NCBI GenBank assembly: GCA_051531975.1
Contig: JAOPTT010000009.1
Location: forward strand, 64,001 to 128,000
Direction of reading: 5' to 3'
Source of the DNA: Spirochaetaceae bacterium
GTDB lineage: Bacteria > Spirochaetota > Spirochaetia > DSM-2461
Length of the DNA: 64,000 nucleotides
How positions within the stretch are numbered: position 1 is the first letter of the stretch; every line of letters begins with the position of its first letter. The translations under genes and the position numbers were made by a program. Below are positions 38,106-49,183 of this stretch, piece after piece. The notes beneath the pieces were generated by a model. The model worked only from the letters and a program-made list of their open reading frames with translations. It was not told the origin of the DNA and did no database searches.

Positions 38106-41100
38106 TTGGAAAAGATATACTGGTTAGGTTTAGATATAGGTTCTACAACAGTTAAAACTGTTTTAGTAGACCAAGATACAAAAGAGATACTTTCGAGAGA
38201 TTATGTTAGGCATGGAGCAAAACAGAGAGGTGTTGCAAGGGATTTATTAACAAATATTGTTAAAAAATTCCCTGGATGCAAAGTTATACCGATACTTTGT
38301 GGTAGTGGTTCTAGGTCTTTAGCCGATGAACTTGGAGTCTCTTATATACAGGAAGTAGTTGCAAACTCCCTTGCTGTTAGAGAATTTTACCCGCAAACTA
38401 GAGTCGCTATAGAACTTGGTGGCCAGGATGCAAAAATAACATTTTTTCATAAAGATGAAGAGAGTGGAAAACTTGTAGCATCGGATATGAGAATGAATGG
38501 TAGTTGTGCCGGAGGAACAGGGGCATTTTTAGACGAGGTTGCAACACTTCTAAAACTACCAGTTGAAAAACTTAATGATGCAGCAGAAAAAGGAACTACA
38601 GTTTACGATATTTCTGGACGTTGTGGTGTATTTGCTAAAACAGATATTCAACCTCTACTTAACCAAGGTGTATCAAAAGAGGATTTAGCACTTTCATGTT
38701 TTCATGCTGTTGCTAAACAAACTATAGGTGGTTTAGCTCAGGGGTTAGAAATTCATCCCCCAGTTATATTCGAAGGTGGCCCACTATCCTTTAACCCTAA
38801 ATTAGTTGATGTTTATGCCCAGAGGTTAGGTCTAACTGGTTCAGATGTGGTTATTCCAGAAAACCAAGACGTTTTAATAGCTTTTGGTGCTGCTTTAGGT
38901 ATTCCCGCAATGTATAAAGATGCGCCTGCTTTAGAGCTAGAAGATCTAATAAAACATGAGGCTTTTGATCATTTAGACATTGTAACAGATGGTGTGCAAA
39001 AACCTCCATTTTTTGAAAATAAAACAGAGTTTAAAGAATTTAAAGAGCGTTATCAATTACCAGAAGCTCCAACATTGGAAAAATACAGAGGATTAACTCT
39101 CGATGTATATTTAGGAATCGATGCAGGTTCAACAACATCTAAGTTTGTATTAATAGATAAAGATGAAGAACTTGTTTATACATTTTATGGTAAAAATCAT
39201 GGTGAACCAATTGTTGTATTAAAAGAAGCTCTGTTAAATCTAAAAAAAGAGGTTGATGAGTTAGACATAACTCTAAATATACTAGGTTCTGGAACCACCG
39301 GTTATGGGGAGATGTTATTTTCTAACGCATTTAATGCGGATTACCATACTGTTGAGACTGTAGCCCATGCAGAAGCTGCTTTAAAATACTCTCCTGAAGT
39401 CTCATTTATATTGGATATTGGTGGTCAGGATATGAAGGCCATATTCTTAAATAATGGGATTGTGACAGGTATTACTTTGAATGAAGCGTGTAGTGCGGGT
39501 TGTGGCTCATTTTTGGAGAACTTTGCAACATCGTTGGACATTCCTGTTGAGCAGATAGCAGAAAAGGCATTTAAGTCTAAAACTCCTTCATCATTAGGGT
39601 CTAGATGTACAGTATTTATGAACTCATCTGTAATATCAGAGCAAAAAAATGGTAAAACTCCAGACGATATTATGGCAGGACTGTGTAACTCTGTTATAGA
39701 AAATGTATTTACTAAGGTTATTAGACTTTCAAATATGAAAACTTTAGGTGATAACATTGTTGTTCAAGGTGGAACATTCAGAAATGATGCAGTACTAAGA
39801 TCCCTAGAACTTTTTACTGAAAGACAGGTTGTTAGAGCTCCATTCCCTGGAGAGATGGGGGCTATTGGTATCGCTCTATTAACAAAAAAAAGACAGGAAG
39901 AAAAAGGAATTACACAAAGTACTTTCATCCTTTGGGATGATCTACAAAACTTTTCATATAAACAAGAGAGTGGTTTAGTTTGCTACTTTTGCTCAAATAA
40001 CTGTAATAGAACTAAGATCTCATTTTCTAATGGTAAGGATTTTATAACTGGAAATAGATGTGAGAAAGGGGAGATTTTAACTGCCCCTAAAGATAGTAAA
40101 GCTGAACTTAAAAAACTAAAAGAGAAACATATAGGAACAAAGGATCTGTTTGCATTAAGAACTGAACTACTGTTTAAAGAGTATAAACCAAACAGCTTAT
40201 CTCCTAAAAAAGATATTACGATTGGTATTCCTAGGGTTTTAGAGTTTTGGAACTCATTCCCATTTTGGAACGCTCTTTTTACATCTTTAGGTTTTAAAGT
40301 TGTCTTATCCGATAAAAGTTCAATGTCAATGTTTGAAGATGGTTTAGGTTCTATACCATCAGATACCGTGTGTTTCCCTGCAAAATTATGCCATGGACAT
40401 GTTAAAAACCTTATTTCAAAAGGTGTAGATAGAATATTTAACCCTATGATCTCTAGGATGATATCAGAGAACAGAACAATACAAAAATCTGAACACGTTT
40501 GTGCTGTTGTAAAAGGGTATCCATTAGTAATTAATATAAGTGATGACCCTATGGGTAAACATAATATAGCCTATGATAGTCCTGTTTTTCATTGGACCTG
40601 TGAAGATGCAAGAAAAGACTCAATTGCTGCATTTATGGCAGAAACTTTTGCCATCCCAACAAGATTAACATTACAAGCTATGGCAGAGGGTGATAAAGCT
40701 TTTAAAACATTTAATGAAGAGCTTGTTTCCGCAGGAAAAGATCTATTAGATAATTTAAAAGATGATGAGTTTGCTGTTGTAATAGGTGGACGACCATACC
40801 ATTCCGACGATCTAATTAACCACAATATTTCTCAATTTTTTATTAAAGATGGAGTTTCGGTGCTTCCTTTAGATGCTATTCCCGGTCTACATGAGACAGA
40901 TTTAAGTTCTGTTAGAGCTGAATTAACAGTAAATTTCCATGTACGTATGTTTTCTGGTGTTCAGCAAGTTGTTAAAAATCCTAAGTTAGAATTTCTACAA
41001 ATTGTAAGTTTTGGATGTGGCCACGATGCTGTAATTTCAGATGAAACAACTAGGCTTTTAACAAAAGGTGCAGGTAAAAGTCCACTCATATTAAAAATGG

Positions 41101-42446
41101 ATGAAAGTGATGTTTCAGGTCCACTTAATATAAGGATTAAATCCTTTTTAGAGACAGTTAAGAGTCAGAGAAAAGCTGGAATTCAGAAAATAAACAGCGA
41201 TGTAAAACCTTACGATATAGCTTTTACAAAAGAAGATAGAAAAAAAACTATTTTAGTTCCTAATGTTTCATGGGCATTTGGTCAGGTGGCTACTGCATCT
41301 ATTGGGAAGCAGGGATATAAAGTTGAGGCACTTCCAATGGCAAATGCAAATGCTGTTGGACTTGGGAAAAAATATGTTCATAACGATATGTGTTATCCAG
41401 CACAGATAACAATTGGAGAACTTTTATCAGCTTTAGATGAGGGGAAATATGACCCCGATGAAGTTACCTATATTATGTCAAAACCTCAGTGTGACTGTAG
41501 ATTGGCCCATTACTCTTTAATGGCACGACAAGCATTAGATGATGCTGGGTATCCACAGGTTGCAATTGCTTCTTTAGACCCAGATGATAAAGGAATGTCT
41601 CCTGGTTTTAAGATGAATGCACTGTTTGAATTACGAACTCTTTGGGGTCTTATTATGACAGACTGTTTAGAAGATTTAAAACGTAAAATTAGACCCTACG
41701 AAAAGATAAAAGGTAGTGCAGATAGGGTTTTTAAAAAGGGCGTTTTAAGTATATGTAAAGGTTTTGATAGAAGCATTAGATCAGCATTTAGAAACTATGA
41801 AAATGCTGTAGATAACTTTATGGAAATTGAATTCGATCGATCAGTAAGACTTCCTAGGGTATTTGTAATTGGGGAATTTTTACTTAATTTTCATCCTACT
41901 TCAAATAATTATATTGAAAAGTATTTAGAAGATAACGGATTAGAAGTTGTTCTTCCATCTCTGTTTCATACACTACATAGGGAATTCCTATTAGGTATGG
42001 ATCAGAAAAAAGAGTACCATGTTAGAGTCCCTGAACTTAAACATTTAATGAATAAATTATCTGATAAATTAATTAGATCTGTATTAAAAAAGTGTCATAA
42101 AGTTGCATCAAGACACCCTCTTTTTGAATCCCAGACACCATTAAGGGAAATTGCAGAACTCTCACATCATGTAATAGATAAAACTTTTACATCTGGAGAA
42201 GGCTGGCAAATTGCAGGAGAGATAATGCATTTTGCTGATCATGGTGTAAATTCATTTATCATACTTCAACCTTTTGGCTGTTTACCAAATCATATTATTG
42301 CTAGAGGTGTTACTAAAAAGCTTAAAGAGGAGAGACCAAATATTCAGATATTAGCTTTGGATTTTGATCCTGATACAAGTTTTGCAAATATTGAGAATAG
42401 ATTACAAATGTTAATAATTAATACAAAAGAGAGGATGAAAGTTTAA
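38106..42446 (+). CDS. CoA-substrate-specific enzyme activase (2-hydroxyacyl-CoA dehydratase activator-type multidomain protein)
   Basis: Two ASKHA domains (GLDIGSTT/ELGGQD/CAGGTG and GIDAGSTT/DIGGQD/CSAGCG), plus CFPAK, GRPYH, SFGCGHD, CYPA, QPFGCLPNH. Confidence 0.92.
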   Translation: MEKIYWLGLDIGSTTVKTVLVDQDTKEILSRDYVRHGAKQRGVARDLLTNIVKKFPGCKVIPILCGSGSRSLADELGVSYIQEVVANSLAVREFYPQTRVAIELGGQDAKITFFHKDEESGKLVASDMRMNGSCAGGTGAFLDEVATLLKLPVEKLNDAAEKGTTVYDISGRCGVFAKTDIQPLLNQGVSKEDLALSCFHAVAKQTIGGLAQGLEIHPPVIFEGGPLSFNPKLVDVYAQRLGLTGSDVVIPENQDVLIAFGAALGIPAMYKDAPALELEDLIKHEAFDHLDIVTDGVQKPPFFENKTEFKEFKERYQLPEAPTLEKYRGLTLDVYLGIDAGSTTSKFVLIDKDEELVYTFYGKNHGEPIVVLKEALLNLKKEVDELDITLNILGSGTTGYGEMLFSNAFNADYHTVETVAHAEAALKYSPEVSFILDIGGQDMKAIFLNNGIVTGITLNEACSAGCGSFLENFATSLDIPVEQIAEKAFKSKTPSSLGSRCTVFMNSSVISEQKNGKTPDDIMAGLCNSVIENVFTKVIRLSNMKTLGDNIVVQGGTFRNDAVLRSLELFTERQVVRAPFPGEMGAIGIALLTKKRQEEKGITQSTFILWDDLQNFSYKQESGLVCYFCSNNCNRTKISFSNGKDFITGNRCEKGEILTAPKDSKAELKKLKEKHIGTKDLFALRTELLFKEYKPNSLSPKKDITIGIPRVLEFWNSFPFWNALFTSLGFKVVLSDKSSMSMFEDGLGSIPSDTVCFPAKLCHGHVKNLISKGVDRIFNPMISRMISENRTIQKSEHVCAVVKGYPLVINISDDPMGKHNIAYDSPVFHWTCEDARKDSIAAFMAETFAIPTRLTLQAMAEGDKAFKTFNEELVSAGKDLLDNLKDDEFAVVIGGRPYHSDDLINHNISQFFIKDGVSVLPLDAIPGLHETDLSSVRAELTVNFHVRMFSGVQQVVKNPKLEFLQIVSFGCGHDAVISDETTRLLTKGAGKSPLILKMDESDVSGPLNIRIKSFLETVKSQRKAGIQKINSDVKPYDIAFTKEDRKKTILVPNVSWAFGQVATASIGKQGYKVEALPMANANAVGLGKKYVHNDMCYPAQITIGELLSALDEGKYDPDEVTYIMSKPQCDCRLAHYSLMARQALDDAGYPQVAIASLDPDDKGMSPGFKMNALFELRTLWGLIMTDCLEDLKRKIRPYEKIKGSADRVFKKGVLSICKGFDRSIRSAFRNYENAVDNFMEIEFDRSVRLPRVFVIGEFLLNFHPTSNNYIEKYLEDNGLEVVLPSLFHTLHREFLLGMDQKKEYHVRVPELKHLMNKLSDKLIRSVLKKCHKVASRHPLFESQTPLREIAELSHHVIDKTFTSGEGWQIAGEIMHFADHGVNSFIILQPFGCLPNHIIARGVTKKLKEERPNIQILALDFDPDTSFANIENRLQMLIINTKERMKV

Positions 42447-43054
42447 AACCCAATCCATCTATGATTACCAATATAAAGTAGTTGGATTTTGGTATCTTTT
42501 AGTATAAGTTCTACAAACTCAGCATTTTTTGTTATCTCGTATTTCCCCACTTTAAGTTCGGGGAATATTAGAGGAGCTACAACTGTAGGATTCCATATTT
42601 GGTATAATAATCCAAATCCTCCAATGCTCTCTTTTTTACGTTCTGTCTTAACTATTTCGTTTATTTTATTGGATAGAAGTTTGGTATTATCACCTTTTAT
42701 TACAAAATCAGTTATTACAGAGTCTATTTTTAGAGTTGATCCTTCTAAGGTATATTTTATTTCTTGAAAGATAATTACTGCATCTAAACTTATCTTTTTA
42801 TATTTTTTAGCCCATATTTCTTGTAATTTAGCTGTTTCGACCTCATTTAGAAGATAATTTACATATGTTTTATTTGTCTCTAAGTTTGAAGTGATAAAAG
42901 CTTCTTGAACTACTCCAGGAAAATACTCTGTTTCTCCGTCTAAATAGTTTGTAATTTGCCACATTTTAATCTGCTCAGTTCCTGTAATTTCCGGTGGTTT
43001 ACTTTTACAGCTGAGTAACGCGAATAATAATAATATTGAACATAAAAATCTCAT
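42443..43054 (-). CDS. Hypothetical lipoprotein
   Basis: Lipobox LLSC after a hydrophobic signal. Confidence 0.65.
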   Translation of the reverse strand: MRFLCSILLLFALLSCKSKPPEITGTEQIKMWQITNYLDGETEYFPGVVQEAFITSNLETNKTYVNYLLNEVETAKLQEIWAKKYKKISLDAVIIFQEIKYTLEGSTLKIDSVITDFVIKGDNTKLLSNKINEIVKTERKKESIGGFGLLYQIWNPTVVAPLIFPELKVGKYEITKNAEFVELILKDTKIQLLYIGNHRWIGF

Positions 43055-43139
43055 ACTTTAATTATGCCCTAAAATCCTTGATATTCCAATGTATTATTTG
43101 TTTTGATAATAATTTTATTACGTAATATAATAGTATTAG

Positions 43140-45431
43140 ATGAAAAGTAAGAAGTTTGGAACATTTGAAGGCGTATTTATCCCAAGTATAGAAGCTATTT
43201 TAGGTACTGTACTATTTTTAATATTACCAAAGCAGGTTGCAGAAACAGGGTTAATCAAAATGATTATTATAATCTTGTTTGCTCATACCGTTACAATATC
43301 AACAGCATTTTCTTTAGCTGATTGTGCTACGAATTTAAACAAGATTGGTGCCGGTGGTATGTATGCCCTAGTTAGAAAGTCTTTAGGAATAGCTCTTGGT
43401 GGAAGCATCGGTGTTCAGCTTTTTTTAGTCCAAGCAGCATCTATTGCATTTTACGCAACTGGTTTTGCCGAGCCTCTACAGCCCATTATTGCTTCTAGCA
43501 CAAACTTTGCTTTTTTTGTTTCGGCTTTTCCGGACCCTAAAATCCAGCAACAGATGATAGCCCTTTTTATATATATAGTGTTTTTTGTAATAGTTTTTAT
43601 AGGTGCAGATTTTACTATAAAGTTACAAAAAGGAATCTTAGTTATTCTGTTTATGTCTATATTATCAATATTTTTATCTCCACTATTTCCAAGTACAGCT
43701 TCTGTCTTTACAGGATCTTTTAATCTATTGGGTACTGAAGCTTCGAGTGGCTCCGGTAATACAGGGATTATTGTATTGGTTTTAGTTTTTACTACGTTCT
43801 TCCCTGCTGTAACAGGTATTGGTGCTGGTGTTGGTATGAGTGGAGACTTAAAAACCCCACAAAAGAGTATCGTAACTGGAACATTTAGAGCTATTTTTGT
43901 TGGACTAATTGTATATTTAATAGCAGCAGTTATCTTCTCCCTTATTGAGCCACAATTATTAATAGATTCATCTTTAGTTATAGTTATGGGTTTTGCTAGA
44001 GGTTCTATCCCAGCAATAATTGTATTTATTGGTATATTAGTCGCTACTTCTTCTAGTGGTTTAAGTTATTTCATGACTGGACCCCGAACACTTTTTGCAC
44101 TAATGGACGATAACTTATTACCATCAAAATTAGGTTTCTTAAAAAATGATGTAATTAAAGGTGGATCAGAGCCACGAATTGCAATTATATTAACTGGAAT
44201 ATTAGGTGCAGGAGTTATATTTAGTGGAGGTACAGAGACTATCTCTGCCATTGTTGGTATTGCTTTCTTAGCTGTTTATGGTTGGATTAATTTGGCTGCC
44301 TTTTTGGAACGAGTATCAAGGAATCCAAGTTTTAGACCATCATCTAAAGGTCACTGGATTATATCTTTATATGGCTTCTTAATATGCTCAATAGTCATTG
44401 TAATATTTAGCCCCCCAGTAAGTATTTTTATTGGATTAGCTATAGGATTATTTCAGGTAGTTATATTTTTACTTATTCTTAAATATAAATCTAAAAATAA
44501 GGTTGAAGGAGTTTGGTGGGGAGTTATTTTTTCACTTGCTGCCTTTTTAACAAGTAAACTACGTCTTATAGTCCAAGGAACAAAAAATTGGAGACCTGTA
44601 GTTAAAGTATTTGCTTTTGGAACTAATAAAAATGGTGTAAATAATGCTGTATTAAAAATTGGGGAGATGATAGCAAGTTATCAGGGGTTGGTTACATCCC
44701 ATGTTATAACTACAGCTGATGACGACTTAACAAAAGAGGTAGAAAGAGGTTTAGAAGGACCTGTTCATAGAATTAGAGTAAATAATAATGCCGAATTAAC
44801 TATGTCGGTAAACAGTATTATCCAGGCTGGAGATTTTAGTAATATCGATACAAATAGTATTTTATTACAGTACGATAGTAAAATTAACTGGGAGAGTGTT
44901 ATAGATCAGGTTGTTAATGTTTCTAAACTAAATCTGATGTTATATAAAGATAATCCATACTATTCTTGGAAATCTGCAAGAAATATTTATACTGATTATA
45001 ATATTGATGTTTGGTGGCGTGGTACAGATAACGGTAATTTAAGTGCATTAATAGCATATGTTATTCATAGATCTAATCTTGCTGGGAAAATTAAAACCAA
45101 TGTTAGGATTATTAGAAAAATAGATGGTGACGACCAAATGACGAGTGCAAAGAGAGATTTAGAGACTCTTATGTCTAAAGCAAGATTAACAGGTTCTCAG
45201 CTAATTTTACCTAGGGATAACAGGGATATAATGGACACAATAAAAGAAGTTTCTAAAGATGCAAACTTAATCATGATAGGTCTACCAGATTCTAAAAATG
45301 ACAAAAAAGATAAAAGGACTATTTTCCAGAATCTTCTATATAGTTTTGATAAGCAGATAGAAGCTTTTGACTCTTTACCACCTATACTTTTTATTAAAGC
45401 ATCTCATACTATTAATCTAATAGAAGAGTAG
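43140..45431 (+). CDS. APC-superfamily transporter of the cation-chloride cotransporter (SLC12-like) type
   Basis: GVFIP..ILG..LFL, FFPAVTGI.AG..MSGDLK.P.KSI..GT, and cytoplasmic domain with NWRP and IDVWW. Confidence 0.85.
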   Translation: MKSKKFGTFEGVFIPSIEAILGTVLFLILPKQVAETGLIKMIIIILFAHTVTISTAFSLADCATNLNKIGAGGMYALVRKSLGIALGGSIGVQLFLVQAASIAFYATGFAEPLQPIIASSTNFAFFVSAFPDPKIQQQMIALFIYIVFFVIVFIGADFTIKLQKGILVILFMSILSIFLSPLFPSTASVFTGSFNLLGTEASSGSGNTGIIVLVLVFTTFFPAVTGIGAGVGMSGDLKTPQKSIVTGTFRAIFVGLIVYLIAAVIFSLIEPQLLIDSSLVIVMGFARGSIPAIIVFIGILVATSSSGLSYFMTGPRTLFALMDDNLLPSKLGFLKNDVIKGGSEPRIAIILTGILGAGVIFSGGTETISAIVGIAFLAVYGWINLAAFLERVSRNPSFRPSSKGHWIISLYGFLICSIVIVIFSPPVSIFIGLAIGLFQVVIFLLILKYKSKNKVEGVWWGVIFSLAAFLTSKLRLIVQGTKNWRPVVKVFAFGTNKNGVNNAVLKIGEMIASYQGLVTSHVITTADDDLTKEVERGLEGPVHRIRVNNNAELTMSVNSIIQAGDFSNIDTNSILLQYDSKINWESVIDQVVNVSKLNLMLYKDNPYYSWKSARNIYTDYNIDVWWRGTDNGNLSALIAYVIHRSNLAGKIKTNVRIIRKIDGDDQMTSAKRDLETLMSKARLTGSQLILPRDNRDIMDTIKEVSKDANLIMIGLPDSKNDKKDKRTIFQNLLYSFDKQIEAFDSLPPILFIKASHTINLIEE

Positions 45432-46026
45432 CTAAATAGTCGGAACCATCGTGTATTCCCCAAAGCCATTGTTCGTCGTCTCCGATTATTGTTGCCATAA
45501 GTAGGGCTTCATCGTAGGTGATCTCTTTGGCCTCTGGTTTAAGTATGTTTTCTGCTGAGTGGATACGTATAATATAGTTATTGTTATAATGCTCTGTAAC
45601 ACTTTTACCTATTTGTGGTAGGAGTTTATAATGATTTTCAATTATTTTAATAACATCCATATTTGGTTTTTCTACTGAGAAACTAAAAGATAAAAAAAGA
45701 TTATCGTCATCTACAGTATATATAGAACCTTCTTTGCTTATTTTAACAAAACCAAGTTGTACCTGATCTCTGTTTTCAAGTAGAGAGTCTAATTTATCTA
45801 CAACTTCTGTTCTTAGAACTACTGCTGTTAAAAAATCTAACATAGGATCTGCAGGCAGTGTTTGATATCTTTTAAAAGTAGAATCTTTTACAGTTAAAAT
45901 AATATCTCTATCTTCCGACCGGGCATATAATCCATTATCGTGGGTTTTATATATCTCTACAAAAGAGTCGTTAGAAAAAATATTAACTGATAACAAAACT
46001 AGAAGTGATAAAAAGAAATATTTCAT
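45412..46026 (-). CDS. Hypothetical exported protein
   Basis: Signal peptide; no family recognised. Confidence 0.65.
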   Translation of the reverse strand: MKYFFLSLLVLLSVNIFSNDSFVEIYKTHDNGLYARSEDRDIILTVKDSTFKRYQTLPADPMLDFLTAVVLRTEVVDKLDSLLENRDQVQLGFVKISKEGSIYTVDDDNLFLSFSFSVEKPNMDVIKIIENHYKLLPQIGKSVTEHYNNNYIIRIHSAENILKPEAKEITYDEALLMATIIGDDEQWLWGIHDGSDYLATLLLD

Positions 46027-46064
46027 ATACTTATGATCTATGTTTTTTACCCCATAGTCAAGAT

Positions 46065-46739
46065 TTATTTAAATTCAACACTATTCCAACCAATAGATAT
46101 GAAGAGTTTTTCTAAAAAAGCCCGATTAGATTCCTCTGCTGACTTTATTAAACCTCGGTTTATAATCTCGTCTTTTATCTTTGGTAATAACAGTGTTATT
46201 AACTTCTGCCATTGTCCTGGAGTTATATTTATATCGGGGAAGTTTTCTGCTTTAGAGGTATCTTCTACTTCTAGTGATAGTATTTTACTTTCAGGGGATT
46301 TAATCTCTATTAATCCTATTTCTTCATCTGAGAAGAGTATTGGATTTTTTAAATAACTTTCCATATCAAACCCAGCTACTGCTTGTGTTGTAATAATAAA
46401 GAAATACTTATCTTTGTTCAGATCGATACCAATATTTTTACACTGATAGAAGAAATTTTTATTTTCTATATCCTCTGTGCTTAGGAATTTAGCATTTTTA
46501 TACAATAGAGTGCCCCAATTAGGTTCTCCATGGATAAAATCAAATGGAAATATTGTTTTATATGTATATTTTGAGCTTCTAAACTGTGCAATTTTTACTG
46601 TTTTGATACTTTCATGACTTGTCTGTGTTAGAGTGGCTCTCTGGAATGGATTTATATCAAGTTTATTAAGACTAGGAATAAAAACAAATGCCAGAATTAT
46701 AATGATAATACTAAGAACTAGAATAATATACTTCTTCAC
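46065..46739 (-). CDS. DUF4230-like membrane-anchored protein
   Basis: N-terminal TM, VAGFDM, P.SKILS, GLIKSAEESNRAFLEKLF...V.F. Confidence 0.65.
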   Translation of the reverse strand: MKKYIILVLSIIIIILAFVFIPSLNKLDINPFQRATLTQTSHESIKTVKIAQFRSSKYTYKTIFPFDFIHGEPNWGTLLYKNAKFLSTEDIENKNFFYQCKNIGIDLNKDKYFFIITTQAVAGFDMESYLKNPILFSDEEIGLIEIKSPESKILSLEVEDTSKAENFPDINITPGQWQKLITLLLPKIKDEIINRGLIKSAEESNRAFLEKLFISIGWNSVEFK

Positions 46740-47317
46740 ATTTTCTCCTTTATTATATCATCAGAGAAATGAACTTTTACTGAGATACCAGAAATTTGCA
46801 ACAATGTTGTAAGAATATCCTTTGCACTCTCTTCACATTCTGATATTAATGTTTTTATATTATCACTTTTTAATATTTCATCTTTGGTTTCTTGTATTAC
46901 AGTTACGTAGTCCTCTCTGTTTATATTAGAAAAACGTTGTTTGGTGAAATATTCAGTAATAGAGGAGTCTACTGCATCAATAGAAAGTAGTTCCCCTTTA
47001 GGCAGTGTAATTAGCGTATAACCATCTTTTTCATCTACACTGAAACCTTTTGAAATATCTATACCAGCAGTTAAACTAAAGTCTATAGATATTAAAAATT
47101 CTTTACTAGAAATTGGTATCCATAAAAAGTCTGCAGTTTTTTTTGAGTAAATTATTTCTCTATAAATCTGTTTTGCTGTTGCTAACTCTTCCAATAACTC
47201 TATTTTATTAAAGATAATATTCTCTTCTAAAGCTTTATCTTTAAAGGATATAAACATGGTGAGTGTCGTAATTAATATTATTAAAATGCTTATTGTTATA
47301 ATTATCTTAATCTTCAC
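46736..47317 (-). CDS. DUF4230-like membrane-anchored protein
   Basis: N-terminal TM, ELAT, AGIDIS, ITLPKGELLS; GTG start. Confidence 0.7.
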   Translation of the reverse strand: MKIKIIITISILIILITTLTMFISFKDKALEENIIFNKIELLEELATAKQIYREIIYSKKTADFLWIPISSKEFLISIDFSLTAGIDISKGFSVDEKDGYTLITLPKGELLSIDAVDSSITEYFTKQRFSNINREDYVTVIQETKDEILKSDNIKTLISECEESAKDILTTLLQISGISVKVHFSDDIIKEKM

Positions 47318-47373
47318 AGGGTTATTATACTCGGTTCTAGGTTCTTTACTATTAAAATAAATATTTGAAGAAA

Positions 47374-47410
47374 TAAAAGAAGAGTCTGTATTAGATTAAA
47401 CAGACTCTTC
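47374..47410 (-). terminator. Intrinsic terminator
   Basis: GAAGAGTCTGT/ACAGACTCTTC 11-bp stem with a U-rich tail on the minus strand. Confidence 0.75.
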
Positions 47411-47415
47411 AGTTT

Positions 47416-48369
47416 TTATAACAAAAATTGTAACTCTTTATCATCTTGTTCTGGTAGATTTTCGTGGGCAAAATCTGGGTATATCACAATCTCTTTTGGA
47501 GCTGTTATTTTATTGTAAACAGCAAACTGTGTAGATGGTGGGCATATCTCATCCATTAGGCCTGTATGATACTGGGTTTTTGCTTTGATCCTATTAGCTA
47601 AATGTTGAATGTCTATATAGGATAGTGTTTTAAAAAACTGATCAACATTTTCATGCCGAGGATCAAAATGTCTAAAATATTCTCTGATACCTACATATGC
47701 TATCTGGTCCAAGTCCATATCCCATACTCTTTTATAATCAGATAAAAATGGATAAATAGGTATTATCTTAGATATTCTAGGTTCAAGAGCCGCGCAAGCT
47801 ATTGTTAAACCTCCACCCTGGCTTCCACCAGCAGCTGATACCTTTTCTGAATCAACTTCATCCATATCAATTATTATGCCCGCTAACTTGGCAGTATCTA
47901 AAAACACATGTTTAAAATATAGAGACTCTTTTCCGGAGTCTACTCCTTTAATAACAAATCCATAAAGTGTTCCACCTTGAACTCCACCAACATCTTCAGA
48001 TTTACCACCTTGCCCTCGGCAATCCATAGAAGCTACTATCATTCCTGAAGCGGTATATTTTAGTAAGTTTGACCATGAATCTGATGCCCCCGTATATCCG
48101 TGAAATCTAACTAAAGCTGGTACTTTACCCTTAATGTTTTTAGGTTTAACTAGTTTTGCATAAACTCTAGCTCCACCAGTACCTGTAAAATAAAGGTCGT
48201 AACAGGTTGCAAATGGTACTTGGAATTTAGCCTCTGTAATAGATAGTTCTGGATCTATCTCTTTCATCTGTTTTATCTCATTATCCCAGAAACTATCAAA
48301 GTCAGTTGGTTTAACTGATGTTCCTTGGTATTTTTTTAGTTCATCTAATGGCATATCTATAGTGGGCAT
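47416..48369 (-). CDS. Acetyl xylan esterase / cephalosporin-C deacetylase (CE7)
   Basis: P.DFDSFW, FHGY, RGQ, GGSQGGG, D.ICPPSTQFA, HE. Confidence 0.92.
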   Translation of the reverse strand: MPTIDMPLDELKKYQGTSVKPTDFDSFWDNEIKQMKEIDPELSITEAKFQVPFATCYDLYFTGTGGARVYAKLVKPKNIKGKVPALVRFHGYTGASDSWSNLLKYTASGMIVASMDCRGQGGKSEDVGGVQGGTLYGFVIKGVDSGKESLYFKHVFLDTAKLAGIIIDMDEVDSEKVSAAGGSQGGGLTIACAALEPRISKIIPIYPFLSDYKRVWDMDLDQIAYVGIREYFRHFDPRHENVDQFFKTLSYIDIQHLANRIKAKTQYHTGLMDEICPPSTQFAVYNKITAPKEIVIYPDFAHENLPEQDDKELQFLL

Positions 48370-48390
48370 ATGTTCTCCTTTTTATCTGTT

Positions 48391-49026
48391 TTATTTAAGA
48401 CAGTCTAATCCTATTAATATTGCTTTAAATTCATTACCTAAATTTATACCAAAATCGTTAACTATCTGTTTGTTTTTAACAGACTCTGTAACTTCAGCTA
48501 AAACTGCCTTTAGCTCTGATAATAGTGTTGGGCATAAATCTGGTTCTGCTAAAAGCAGTTCTGCCACACTACCCTTAGAAAGTAATATTGTAGCCTCTAG
48601 TCGTTGGAAGTTGGAATTAAAACCATATCCATTAAACTGTTTTGAAACAGCATATAACATACCAGTTTTTAAAGCATGCTCAAAACCTTCAAGGTTTTTA
48701 ACCTCTTCTGGATACTTCTGTTTAAACAGGGCTAGCGTTGCGACTGCTAGATATGTAGGGAAGTAATGAAAATCTATTTCTTCATCCTCTGGAGTATTTT
48801 CCGGTTCTGGTGATACACTCCATGAGTCTTTAACAATATCCTCAGTTCGCTGTAGATCAATTAGAGTCATTAAATATTTTTTAATGTCATCCATTGTATA
48901 TTTCTCATAGGGGATCTTATCCTTTTGTAGGTAGGTAAGAACATCCTTCATTAAGCCTACGATAGCACCTTGGTGTTCAAAGTCCATATCTCGGCAGATT
49001 CTAAATTTGTCTAATACATATAACAT
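48391..49026 (-). CDS. Hypothetical protein
   Basis: 211-aa ORF co-oriented with the esterase; no confident family. Confidence 0.65.
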   Translation of the reverse strand: MLYVLDKFRICRDMDFEHQGAIVGLMKDVLTYLQKDKIPYEKYTMDDIKKYLMTLIDLQRTEDIVKDSWSVSPEPENTPEDEEIDFHYFPTYLAVATLALFKQKYPEEVKNLEGFEHALKTGMLYAVSKQFNGYGFNSNFQRLEATILLSKGSVAELLLAEPDLCPTLLSELKAVLAEVTESVKNKQIVNDFGINLGNEFKAILIGLDCLK

Positions 49027-49183
49027 ACCTAGATTCTATATAAAAATATAAATTAAAAAAAGTGAGATAAATGGAATTTAGGTTAAATATGGATTAAAAT
49101 ATATATAGAAGTTATCGTGGTGTAGAACGATTTTACTTGTGAAATTGGACATTTATAGTTATAGTATCTTGAGCTAAAAGCTA

